This document shows, piece after piece, positions 40,732-48,910 of a stretch of 64,000 bases of DNA. Each line of letters begins with the position of its first letter. Position 1 is the first letter of the stretch. Made by a program: the position numbers and the translations under genes. This DNA comes from an uncultured Pelagibacteraceae bacterium. GTDB taxonomy: Bacteria > Pseudomonadota > Alphaproteobacteria > Pelagibacterales > Pelagibacteraceae. Under the pieces are notes generated by a model, which had not been told where the DNA came from, made no database searches, and was given only the letters and a program-made list of their open reading frames with translations. The stretch covers positions 1,726 through 65,725 of the forward strand of contig CACKFP010000003.1 of NCBI GenBank assembly GCA_902599485.1. Direction: 5' to 3'.

Positions 40732-41142
40732 ATGCCAAAGAAAAAAGGTAAGAAAAAAGGTAAGTCAAAAGAGATCAAAGGTCAATTAGGAAAGAAAAAA
40801 GAAACTGCAAGAGAAAAAATGATTGGCCAAACAATTGGCTACCGATATGATGTTAATCTTTTGCCTGACTATAGTCGACTAACTCCATTTTTAAAAAAAT
40901 ATATAGAAGCTATGGGTTGGGATGATCTTAATTGGTTAGAAGATGTTCATATGGGTTATGAAGAAAATAGACCTGCTGTATTCGATAGAAATGCTAACGG
41001 TTGGGTAACGATACCAAGTAAAATAAAATTACCTAATAATCAGCAGGATAGAGATATGATAGCTAGAGAATTATTGGTAAAGTTTCAAATGTCGCCGAAT
41101 CATCCTCTGGTTGACCTTAAAAAAGCATATTTAAAATTCTAA
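40732..41142 (+). CDS. Hypothetical protein with Lys-rich N-terminus
   Basis: 136-aa ORF 8 nt after mgsC on the same strand. Confidence 0.75.
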   Translation: MPKKKGKKKGKSKEIKGQLGKKKETAREKMIGQTIGYRYDVNLLPDYSRLTPFLKKYIEAMGWDDLNWLEDVHMGYEENRPAVFDRNANGWVTIPSKIKLPNNQQDRDMIARELLVKFQMSPNHPLVDLKKAYLKF

Positions 41143-41259
41143 TTTTCAATTTCAAGTTGATAAAATAATTATTAACTTCTACTTTTTATAAATAAAATAA
41201 AATTGTCAGCGTAAAAAAAATTTCATAGAGTCTATTAACTATTAATAGGAGAGAGAAAT

Positions 41260-42660
41260 ATGACTGATCAATTAGGTGCTCTCACAACCTTATTTACAGA
41301 ATTTTACTATTGGGTAACTGTGGTTCTTATGTTTTTGATCCACGTGGGTTTCTGTATGTATGAAGTTGGGGCATCTCGTTACAAACATCACCAACACACT
41401 CTTATGAAAAATACAATGCTGATACCACTGGTAACAGTCACATGGTTTTTCTTTGGTTGGTGGATATACTGGGCATTTCCAACAGGACCCGGATTAGCTC
41501 CCTCGATTATGACCGAAAGTACTGGTCTAGTTCTTGGAGGTGGATTTGGTGGAAATGATCTTGCTAATCCTACAAATGCATTGATGGCCGTAAATCTTAA
41601 TGATCATATAATGGGTGTCTTCTGGGCAGCCTTTTTATTATTTTCATGGACTGCAGCTTCAATTGTATCTGGAGCGGTTATTGAAAGGATAACTACTTTT
41701 GCATTTGGAATACTTGCAATTGCAATTGGATCTGTTTTCTGGACAATAGATGCTTCATGGGGATGGCATTTTGATGGATGGATGTTAAAAATATTAGGAT
41801 ATCACGATGCTTATGCTTCCGGAGTAATTCACGCAATTGCCGGAGGTTTTGCCTTAGGTGTTCTAATTGTTTTAGGACCAAGAATTGGAAAATTTTCATC
41901 TAGCGGAGAACCAAGAAACATTGGACCAAGAAATCCTTGGTTAGTGACTGTTGGATTATTCTTAATCTATACAGGTTTTTGGGGCTTTTACGCTGCATGT
42001 AATGTTCCGATTTATGATCTTGGACCTGAATATGGTATGGAAGGTGTAACTTTCTTTACTGCAACGAACATCTACCTAACTCCCACCACACTTAGTGGAA
42101 TAACGATGAACTTTTTAATGTCGTTATCTGGAGGGTTGTTAGCAGGGTATGTGGTCTCGAAGGGAGATCCTTTCTGGACTTATTCATCAGGACTTGCGGG
42201 AATAATATGTGCATCTGCAGGTAATGATTTATATCATCCAATACAATCAATGATAATTGGTATGATCGGAGTAGTTATAGCTTACAAAATGCATTACTGG
42301 GTCGAGAAAAAATATAAAATCGACGATGCGGTTGGAGCGGTAGCTGTTCATGGTTATGCTGGATTTGTTGGTCTTGTAATATGTGGTTTCGTTTTAAATG
42401 GTTATCCTTCATCTGGATACAGTGTTGGAGCTATGTGGGATGGAACTAATTATGCAGCAATTAATCCTCTTGGAATGTTTATCGGTGCAATAATAATGTT
42501 TTTTGTACTAGGTATGCTTCCTGGATATATAATTGCAAAAGTTCTTCACGGAATGGGTAAATTAAGAATACCAAGAGAAGTAGAACTTGCAGGACTTGAC
42601 TATACAATTATGGAAGAGGCTAAAGAAGACGAAAAAGCTGTAGTCTCGGCCAGTAGATAA
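41260..42660 (+). CDS. amt: Amt-family transporter, divergent (possible methylamine permease)
   Basis: SIVSGA..ER, D.......H, LGPR.GKF and KIDD.VGA..VHG twin-His; about 11 TM; AGGAG SD. Confidence 0.9.
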   Translation: MTDQLGALTTLFTEFYYWVTVVLMFLIHVGFCMYEVGASRYKHHQHTLMKNTMLIPLVTVTWFFFGWWIYWAFPTGPGLAPSIMTESTGLVLGGGFGGNDLANPTNALMAVNLNDHIMGVFWAAFLLFSWTAASIVSGAVIERITTFAFGILAIAIGSVFWTIDASWGWHFDGWMLKILGYHDAYASGVIHAIAGGFALGVLIVLGPRIGKFSSSGEPRNIGPRNPWLVTVGLFLIYTGFWGFYAACNVPIYDLGPEYGMEGVTFFTATNIYLTPTTLSGITMNFLMSLSGGLLAGYVVSKGDPFWTYSSGLAGIICASAGNDLYHPIQSMIIGMIGVVIAYKMHYWVEKKYKIDDAVGAVAVHGYAGFVGLVICGFVLNGYPSSGYSVGAMWDGTNYAAINPLGMFIGAIIMFFVLGMLPGYIIAKVLHGMGKLRIPREVELAGLDYTIMEEAKEDEKAVVSASR

Positions 42661-42673
42661 AGGAGGTATGTAA

Positions 42674-42895
42674 ATGGCAACAGTATCAAATTGGATAGAT
42701 CATATAAGTGCCTCTGAGGTACAAGGATCTGTCTATCCAGGTGTTGGTTCGGAAGGAGTGCTAGTTATAATAGCAATTCTTATTTGGGTTGGCTGGCATG
42801 TTATTTCATCTAAACAAGAAGATGGTAAAATGAATGCAATTGTCAGAAAAAAACCAAGTGCTAACGACTGGAAAAGCAATATAACAGACGGTTAA
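42674..42895 (+). CDS. Small single-pass membrane protein downstream of amt
   Basis: 73 aa, strong SD AAGGAGGT, YPG.GSE motif before a TM segment ending W..WH. Confidence 0.8.
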   Translation: MATVSNWIDHISASEVQGSVYPGVGSEGVLVIIAILIWVGWHVISSKQEDGKMNAIVRKKPSANDWKSNITDG

Positions 42896-42902
42896 AACTT
42901 TT

Positions 42903-42939
42903 AAGAGGGCGCATGAAATACTGTGCCCTCTTTTTTTTT
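42903..42939 (+). terminator. Rho-independent terminator closing the mgs/amt operon
   Basis: AAGAGGGCGCA-tgaaatac-TGTGCCCTCTT followed by a T run. Confidence 0.88.
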
Positions 42940-42940
42940 A

Positions 42941-43105
42941 ATGCAAAATTCTGAAGAAAATAATCAAAACGAAAATAAAACTCCTAGCAAAATGGCACGT
43001 CTTGCATGGCCAAAAGCAAAGTATGGAGTAATTATAGCGATATTAATTATTATCGGTGTAAATTTAATTTATTACAAAGATTTCTTTTTATCATTTTTTA
43101 AATAA
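42941..43105 (+). CDS. Small membrane protein (54 aa)
   Basis: ATG at 42941 preferred because the track's GTG at 42923 lies inside the terminator stem; one C-terminal TM segment. Confidence 0.5.
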   Translation: MQNSEENNQNENKTPSKMARLAWPKAKYGVIIAILIIIGVNLIYYKDFFLSFFK

Positions 43106-43122
43106 TTGTGTTACGTTATTAG

Positions 43123-44448
43123 ATGGCAAAAAATTTATTTAAAATTTCAAAACAAAAAAAAATTAAATATTTTTTGATAAGTTTTGTAGATTTATTTGGT
43201 GTCTTAAGATCAAAATTGGTTCCTGCTCGTGCAATTAAAGATATGCAAGTAAATGGTGCTGGATTTGCTGGATTTGCAGCCTGGCTAGATATGACACCAG
43301 CTGATTCTGATATGTTTGCAATACCTGATCCTGACAGTTTAATTCAACTACCATGGAATAAAGAAGTTGGTTGGTTGGCTTCAGATTTATGGATGAATGG
43401 TAAACCAGTCGATGCTTCACCAAGGGTGATGTTAAAAAAACAAATAAAAAAATTATCTGAATTGGGATATAGCATGAAGTCAGGTGTGGAGTGTGAGTAT
43501 TTTTTGATTTCTCCTGATGGGAACGCAATTGCAGATAACAGAGATACTCAATCTAAACCTTGTTATGACCAGTCTTCATTAATGAGAAGATATGAGCTTA
43601 TAAAAGAAATATGTGATTGTATGATTGAAATGGGATGGGGTCCTTATCAAAATGACCACGAAGATGCTAACGGGCAATTTGAAATGAATTGGGATTATTC
43701 AGATTGTCTAAAAACTGCTGATAGACATACTTTTTTTAAATTTATGGTTAAAGCTATTGCAGAAAAGCATGATTTGAGAGCAACATTTATGCCAAAACCT
43801 TTTGAAAATTTAACTGGTAATGGATGTCATGCACATATTTCTTTATGGAAAGGAAAGAAAAATATCTTTCTTGATAAACATGATAAGCTTGGGCTAAGCA
43901 AGACAGCTTATAACTTTTTAGGAGGCATCATGAAACATGCTTCATCCTTATCTACTTTTTTTAATCCAACAATAAATAGTTACAGAAGAATAAATGCTGC
44001 ACCAACAAAATCTGGTGCCACATGGTCTCCAAGCAGTATATCATATACAGGAAATAACCGTACACATATGATAAGGGTTCCTGATCCGGGAAGATTTGAA
44101 TTAAGACTTATGGATGGATCCGCAAATCCTTATTTACTTCAAGCTAGTGTATTAGCTGCAGGAATAGAGGGATTAAGTAAAAGAATTAATCCTGGCAAAC
44201 CTCTTTTTTGTAATATGTATGAGGATTATAAAAAATATCCAAACCTTTCTAAATTACCAAATGAACTAAAAGATTCTCTTGATAAAATTGAAAATAATAA
44301 AGAAATGAATAAAGCATTTGGAAAAGAAGTAATAAAAAGTTATGTCAAGTTGAGGACTTCGGAATTAAAAGATTTTAATGATAACGAAAAATTTGATAAG
44401 TCCAAACCAATTACAAAATGGGAAAGACAGAATACTCTAGACTGTTAA
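43123..44448 (+). CDS. gmaS: Gamma-glutamylmethylamide synthetase (GlnT/type III-like GS)
   Basis: YFLISFVDLFG..RSKLVP, GAGFAGFA.W, KPCYDQ, YQNDHEDANGQFEMN and SGATW.P, GNNRTHM signatures. Confidence 0.88.
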   Translation: MAKNLFKISKQKKIKYFLISFVDLFGVLRSKLVPARAIKDMQVNGAGFAGFAAWLDMTPADSDMFAIPDPDSLIQLPWNKEVGWLASDLWMNGKPVDASPRVMLKKQIKKLSELGYSMKSGVECEYFLISPDGNAIADNRDTQSKPCYDQSSLMRRYELIKEICDCMIEMGWGPYQNDHEDANGQFEMNWDYSDCLKTADRHTFFKFMVKAIAEKHDLRATFMPKPFENLTGNGCHAHISLWKGKKNIFLDKHDKLGLSKTAYNFLGGIMKHASSLSTFFNPTINSYRRINAAPTKSGATWSPSSISYTGNNRTHMIRVPDPGRFELRLMDGSANPYLLQASVLAAGIEGLSKRINPGKPLFCNMYEDYKKYPNLSKLPNELKDSLDKIENNKEMNKAFGKEVIKSYVKLRTSELKDFNDNEKFDKSKPITKWERQNTLDC

Positions 44449-44449
44449 A

Positions 44450-45583
44450 GTGAAAAGCTTTGATAGTTATAGAAAATGGAAATATACAAAATTTTTATCT
44501 AATAAAAATTATAGTTTTAATAGAAATTATATTTTAAATATTATTTCGTCAAAAATAATCACTGATGCTTTTAATTCTATATCTAAGTGGAAATACTATA
44601 AAAAAACACCATTATTAAAATTAGAGAAACTAAACAAAAATTTAAAACTTAATAATATTTTTTACAAAGATGAGTCGAAAAGATTTCATTTAAAATCATT
44701 TAAAGCTTTAGGTGGTGCATATGCCGTAGAAAAAATATCTAAAAAGAAAAAAAATATAATAATATCATCTGCAACAGCTGGAAATCATGGTAGATCAGTT
44801 GCTTGGGGCGCTCAAAGATTGGGTTTACAATGTAAAATATTTGTTAGTCAATATGTAAGTGAAGCAAGAGTAAAAGAAATTGAAAAATTTGGAGCTGATG
44901 TAATTCGAGTAAAAGGTAATTACGAAAACTCATTAAACGAGTGTAAAAAATTATCAAAAAAGAATAATTGGAATATTGTTCAAGATGTATCTACGAAGAA
45001 TTATAGTTATGTTCCTTTGCTAACTATGGCTGGTTATTCAATTATGATTAAAGAAATTTCAAAACAAACTACGCATTATATTACACATATATTCCTTCAA
45101 GCTGGCGTTGGTGGCATGGCAGCAGGTGTAGTTGCAGGAGTTGCAAAATATTTCAAGAGAATTCCTAAAATAATAATAGTTGAACCTGATGGAGCTGATT
45201 GTGTACTTCAAAGCATAAAAAGCAAAAGTTTAAAAAAAATTAAAATAAAAAAAGAAAGTATAATGGGTGGTATGTCATGCAATGAAATGTCTCTCATTCC
45301 TTGGCATGTATTAAAAAAGGCTAGTGATTGTTGTGTCACTGTAAATGACTCAAAAGTTCCTAAAACTGTTGCAATGCTTAAAGATAAGAAACTCAGTAAA
45401 AGATCAATAATAGGTGGTGAATGTGCTACACCAGGAATTATCAGTCTTATTAGTCTCTGTAATAATCCTAAAACAAAGAAATTAATAAATCTTAACGAAA
45501 AATCTAATGTTTTAGTTATTGGATGCGAAGGTAATGCAGATGTAAAACTTTACAAACAATTGCTATCTAAAGGCAGAAAGTAA
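44450..45583 (+). CDS. Diaminopropionate ammonia-lyase-like PLP enzyme
   Basis: KDES.RF.L.SFK.LGG (PLP Lys), ATAGNHG..VAW.A, QD, M.GY and QAGVG. Confidence 0.8.
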   Translation: MKSFDSYRKWKYTKFLSNKNYSFNRNYILNIISSKIITDAFNSISKWKYYKKTPLLKLEKLNKNLKLNNIFYKDESKRFHLKSFKALGGAYAVEKISKKKKNIIISSATAGNHGRSVAWGAQRLGLQCKIFVSQYVSEARVKEIEKFGADVIRVKGNYENSLNECKKLSKKNNWNIVQDVSTKNYSYVPLLTMAGYSIMIKEISKQTTHYITHIFLQAGVGGMAAGVVAGVAKYFKRIPKIIIVEPDGADCVLQSIKSKSLKKIKIKKESIMGGMSCNEMSLIPWHVLKKASDCCVTVNDSKVPKTVAMLKDKKLSKRSIIGGECATPGIISLISLCNNPKTKKLINLNEKSNVLVIGCEGNADVKLYKQLLSKGRK

Positions 45584-45588
45584 AGTAT

Positions 45589-47007
45589 ATGTCAAAAAAA
45601 GCTGTTGTTTGGATTAGAGACGATTTTAGAATAAAAAATAATTCTGCGTTATCTTATGCAACAAATAATTATGATTCTGTCACAGCATTATATATTTATA
45701 ACAAGGAAAATTTTGATGATATTAGAGAAGCACAAAAATGGTGGGTAAGTAAATCATTAATAAATTTTAAAGATGAATTAATTAAATATAATATTGAATT
45801 AGAATTAGTATTTTCTGATGAGATAACTTTTTTTAGTAAAATCAAAGATAAACAAGAAATTTCTATATTTTGGAATAAAATATATGAGCCATCTCAATTA
45901 AAGTTAGATAATGATCTCATTAAAATTTTTGAAAAAAACAAAATACTCTCAAAATGCTTTAAAGGAAATATTCTTAATGAATATAACAATGTTACTAAAG
46001 ATGATGGAAGCCCTTATAAAGTTTATAGTCCATTTTGGAGAGTTGGAGAGCAAATTTACTTAGATAGTATCCCAAACAAATCATTAAAGGTAAAAAAAGT
46101 TAAGAGCAAAATAAAATTATTCAAAAATAATAATGTTCCAGATCAAATTTTACCAAAGAAAAATTGGTATAAAAAATTTGAAAAATATTGGGACCCAACA
46201 GAAAGACAATCCGAAAAATATTTAAATGAGTTTGTTGAAAATAGAATGTTGAAATATGGAGTTGATAGAGATTATCCAGCTATAAATGGTTCGTCAAAAC
46301 TTTCGCCATTCATTAGAAATGGACAAATACATGTAAGTAACATTTGGGACAAATGTTATAAATATAAATCAAAAAATATTAGTGTTAAAAAATATCTAAA
46401 TGAATTAGGCTGGAGAGAATTTTCACATAGTTTAATTAATTATTTCCCTGAAATGCTAAAAGGTAATTTAAGAAAAGAATTTGATAAATTTCCATGGGAT
46501 AAAAATGCAAAAAATTTGAAAGCTTGGAAAAATGGCATGACTGGATACCCAATTGTTGATGCTGGGATGAGACAACTTTATGAAACAGGTTGGATGCATA
46601 ATAGAATTAGAATGGTAGTTGGTTCTTTTCTTGTAAAACATTTAAGAATTAATTGGAAAGAGGGTGAAAAACATTTTAGAAATTGTTTGTTAGATTTTAA
46701 TGAAGCAAACAATGTTGCACAATGGCAATGGGTTGCTGGCTGTGGTGCAGATGCAGCCCCTTATTTTAGAATTTTTAATCCTATATTGCAGGGTGAAAAA
46801 TTTGATAAACAAGGTTTGTATGTAAAAAAATGGGTACCTGAACTTGAGAGAGTTCCAAGTAAATTTATTCATAAACCATGGGAGATGGAAACAAAATATC
46901 AGGAAGCTATAAAAACTAAAATTGGCTCTGATTACCCTTCCCCAATAGTCGTGCATGAAGATGCTAGAAACGCAGCTCTCAAAGCATTTCAAACTTTAAA
47001 AAATTAA
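45589..47007 (+). CDS. phrB: Class I CPD DNA photolyase
   Basis: W.R.D.R..NN.AL, S.LSP....G, ELGWREF, G.TGYP.VDAGMR.L, WMHNR.RM and WQW.AG. Confidence 0.92.
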   Translation: MSKKAVVWIRDDFRIKNNSALSYATNNYDSVTALYIYNKENFDDIREAQKWWVSKSLINFKDELIKYNIELELVFSDEITFFSKIKDKQEISIFWNKIYEPSQLKLDNDLIKIFEKNKILSKCFKGNILNEYNNVTKDDGSPYKVYSPFWRVGEQIYLDSIPNKSLKVKKVKSKIKLFKNNNVPDQILPKKNWYKKFEKYWDPTERQSEKYLNEFVENRMLKYGVDRDYPAINGSSKLSPFIRNGQIHVSNIWDKCYKYKSKNISVKKYLNELGWREFSHSLINYFPEMLKGNLRKEFDKFPWDKNAKNLKAWKNGMTGYPIVDAGMRQLYETGWMHNRIRMVVGSFLVKHLRINWKEGEKHFRNCLLDFNEANNVAQWQWVAGCGADAAPYFRIFNPILQGEKFDKQGLYVKKWVPELERVPSKFIHKPWEMETKYQEAIKTKIGSDYPSPIVVHEDARNAALKAFQTLKN

Positions 47008-47427
47008 TTAATCTCCAATAAAATGATGAATAATTAGCCTTTTTGTAGAAGCTAACCTATGCTCGAAAAGGTAAATTCCTTGCCAAGTTCCTAACAAAAG
47101 TTGTTTATTTTTTATACTAAGGGATATTTGATTGTTAGTTAAAGCTGACTTTATATGAGCTGGCATATCGTCCTTACCTTCTATTGTATGAACATATAAT
47201 TTATTATCCATTGGAGCAATTTTATCAAAATAATTAATTAAATCTGATTGAACATCTGGATCAGCATTTTCTTGAACAATTAAAGATGCACTAGTGTGCT
47301 GTATGCTTAAATTTAAAATACCATTATTAAAATTATTTTTATTTATCCAGTCTATCGTTTGATCTGTAAATTCATATAATTTTTGACCATTTGTTTTAAG
47401 TTCAAGATTAAAAAATTCTTGTCTCAT
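47008..47427 (-). CDS. YjbQ/UPF0047 family protein
   Basis: HTSASL..QENADP.V, D.P.HIK and LGTWQG...EH. Confidence 0.9.
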   Translation of the reverse strand: MRQEFFNLELKTNGQKLYEFTDQTIDWINKNNFNNGILNLSIQHTSASLIVQENADPDVQSDLINYFDKIAPMDNKLYVHTIEGKDDMPAHIKSALTNNQISLSIKNKQLLLGTWQGIYLFEHRLASTKRLIIHHFIGD

Positions 47428-48479
47428 AAATACTTTTTAGATGTTAGTTCATATAATCGGCTAATGGTTCGCTTAAATGGTTTTTCCAATAATCTTGATG
47501 ATGTGAGTTTATCAATATTTTGTTCTGCACTAATGGCCATAGGTATATTTTGATCATATACGATATCTAAAAAAGTAATAAATCTTTGTTGTTGATTCGA
47601 ATTTAAATCATTAAATGCTGGCACATTTTCCATAACTATAAAAAAACAATTTTTTACTATTTTAATATAATCTTCTGATCCTAAATTTTTATCACATACT
47701 TCTTTAAAAGTTAATCGAACAATACCATCATAAAAATTTTTTAAAATAAATTTTCTTCCTTTGATGTTTAAAATCTTTTCTTTTAAAATCTTATCTCTAG
47801 TCATCACTCTAAATAATTTGTTTATTTTAAAATTGTTTTCTTGATTTAAAGGTGAGTAATATCTTTGAGTTTTATTGCCTTTGGACTTTCTATAATCATC
47901 ATCTATATTTAATTGATATTCAAATGATTGATTTTGCATTATTTTTATAAAAGGTTTGAATTGATCTCTTTGCAACCCATCTTTATATAAATTTTCAATT
48001 TTTATATTAGATGTTACGATAATTTTTAAATCTTCTTTAAATATTTCATCAAATAATTTTCCAAGTATCATTGCATCTACAATATTTGTAACTTGAAACT
48101 CGTCAAAATATATTAATTTTGCTTTCGATTTTAATTTTTTAACAAATTTACTTAATTTATTTTCATCATTCTTATCTTTGGATTGGTGAACAAAGTCGTG
48201 AAAGCTAAGCATAAACTCATTGAAGTGAAGTTTTAATTTTTTACCTTCAACTAAGTTGAAAAAAAAATCTAATATCATGGTTTTGCCGACGCCAACATCT
48301 CCATAAAGATAAAAGCCTTTTTTATAATTTTTTTTTGATAAAATTTTTGAGATAAATGATTTATAGTTTAATTTATAATATTCTTCTAACGTTTTTATGA
48401 GTTTTATCTGATGAGAATTAACATCTAGATTTTTTTTTTTGCAGTAAAGTTTAAACTCTTTAACAAAACTTTTTTGCAT
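47424..48479 (-). CDS. zapE: ZapE/AFG1-like ATPase
   Basis: G.VG.GKT, HF..FM, FDEFQV..I.DA, TSN, LY.DGLQR and RT.SRL.E. Confidence 0.9.
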   Translation of the reverse strand: MQKSFVKEFKLYCKKKNLDVNSHQIKLIKTLEEYYKLNYKSFISKILSKKNYKKGFYLYGDVGVGKTMILDFFFNLVEGKKLKLHFNEFMLSFHDFVHQSKDKNDENKLSKFVKKLKSKAKLIYFDEFQVTNIVDAMILGKLFDEIFKEDLKIIVTSNIKIENLYKDGLQRDQFKPFIKIMQNQSFEYQLNIDDDYRKSKGNKTQRYYSPLNQENNFKINKLFRVMTRDKILKEKILNIKGRKFILKNFYDGIVRLTFKEVCDKNLGSEDYIKIVKNCFFIVMENVPAFNDLNSNQQQRFITFLDIVYDQNIPMAISAEQNIDKLTSSRLLEKPFKRTISRLYELTSKKYL

Positions 48480-48910
48480 TAATTCTTTTTTGAATTAAAA
48501 TCGATACCGTATTCTGATCTTGGTCCTTTTCTTAATCCAAAAGGTCCAGAGATAAAAATTGTCATTGGCCTTGTTCCTGGCTCAAGGTCTACTCTATGAT
48601 ATGCATTGGCTGATCTAAATCCAATATATCCAGGTTTTCTCCAGAATTTACCTTTTTTAGTAGTTTCCCAATAACCGTCTCTCAAAATTATTGTAATATA
48701 AGGGAATAGATGATTATGAACTCCATCCCCATGATCATCATCCAACATTTCATGAATTAATATATTAAATGGGAACCATTTTGGTCTATTCCTAAATAAT
48801 AAATAATATCTATTCATCCATGGTTTGGCTTCATTAAATTTTGGGTGAGACGGCCCCCTATCTAAAACTATTTTTTTTCTTCCAATTTTTTCCAAAAATT
48901 TTAATAACAT
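48479..48910 (-). CDS. Cupin-like hypothetical protein
   Basis: H.....D.....HNH......IL..GY.E...R.A..YHRV pattern. Confidence 0.7.
   Translation of the reverse strand: MLLKFLEKIGRKKIVLDRGPSHPKFNEAKPWMNRYYLLFRNRPKWFPFNILIHEMLDDDHGDGVHNHLFPYITIILRDGYWETTKKGKFWRKPGYIGFRSANAYHRVDLEPGTRPMTIFISGPFGLRKGPRSEYGIDFNSKKN

Noticed and set aside
42923-42940. GTG start for the small ORF upstream of gmaS
   Set aside because: It lies within the terminator stem and T tract; ATG 42941 is more plausible.
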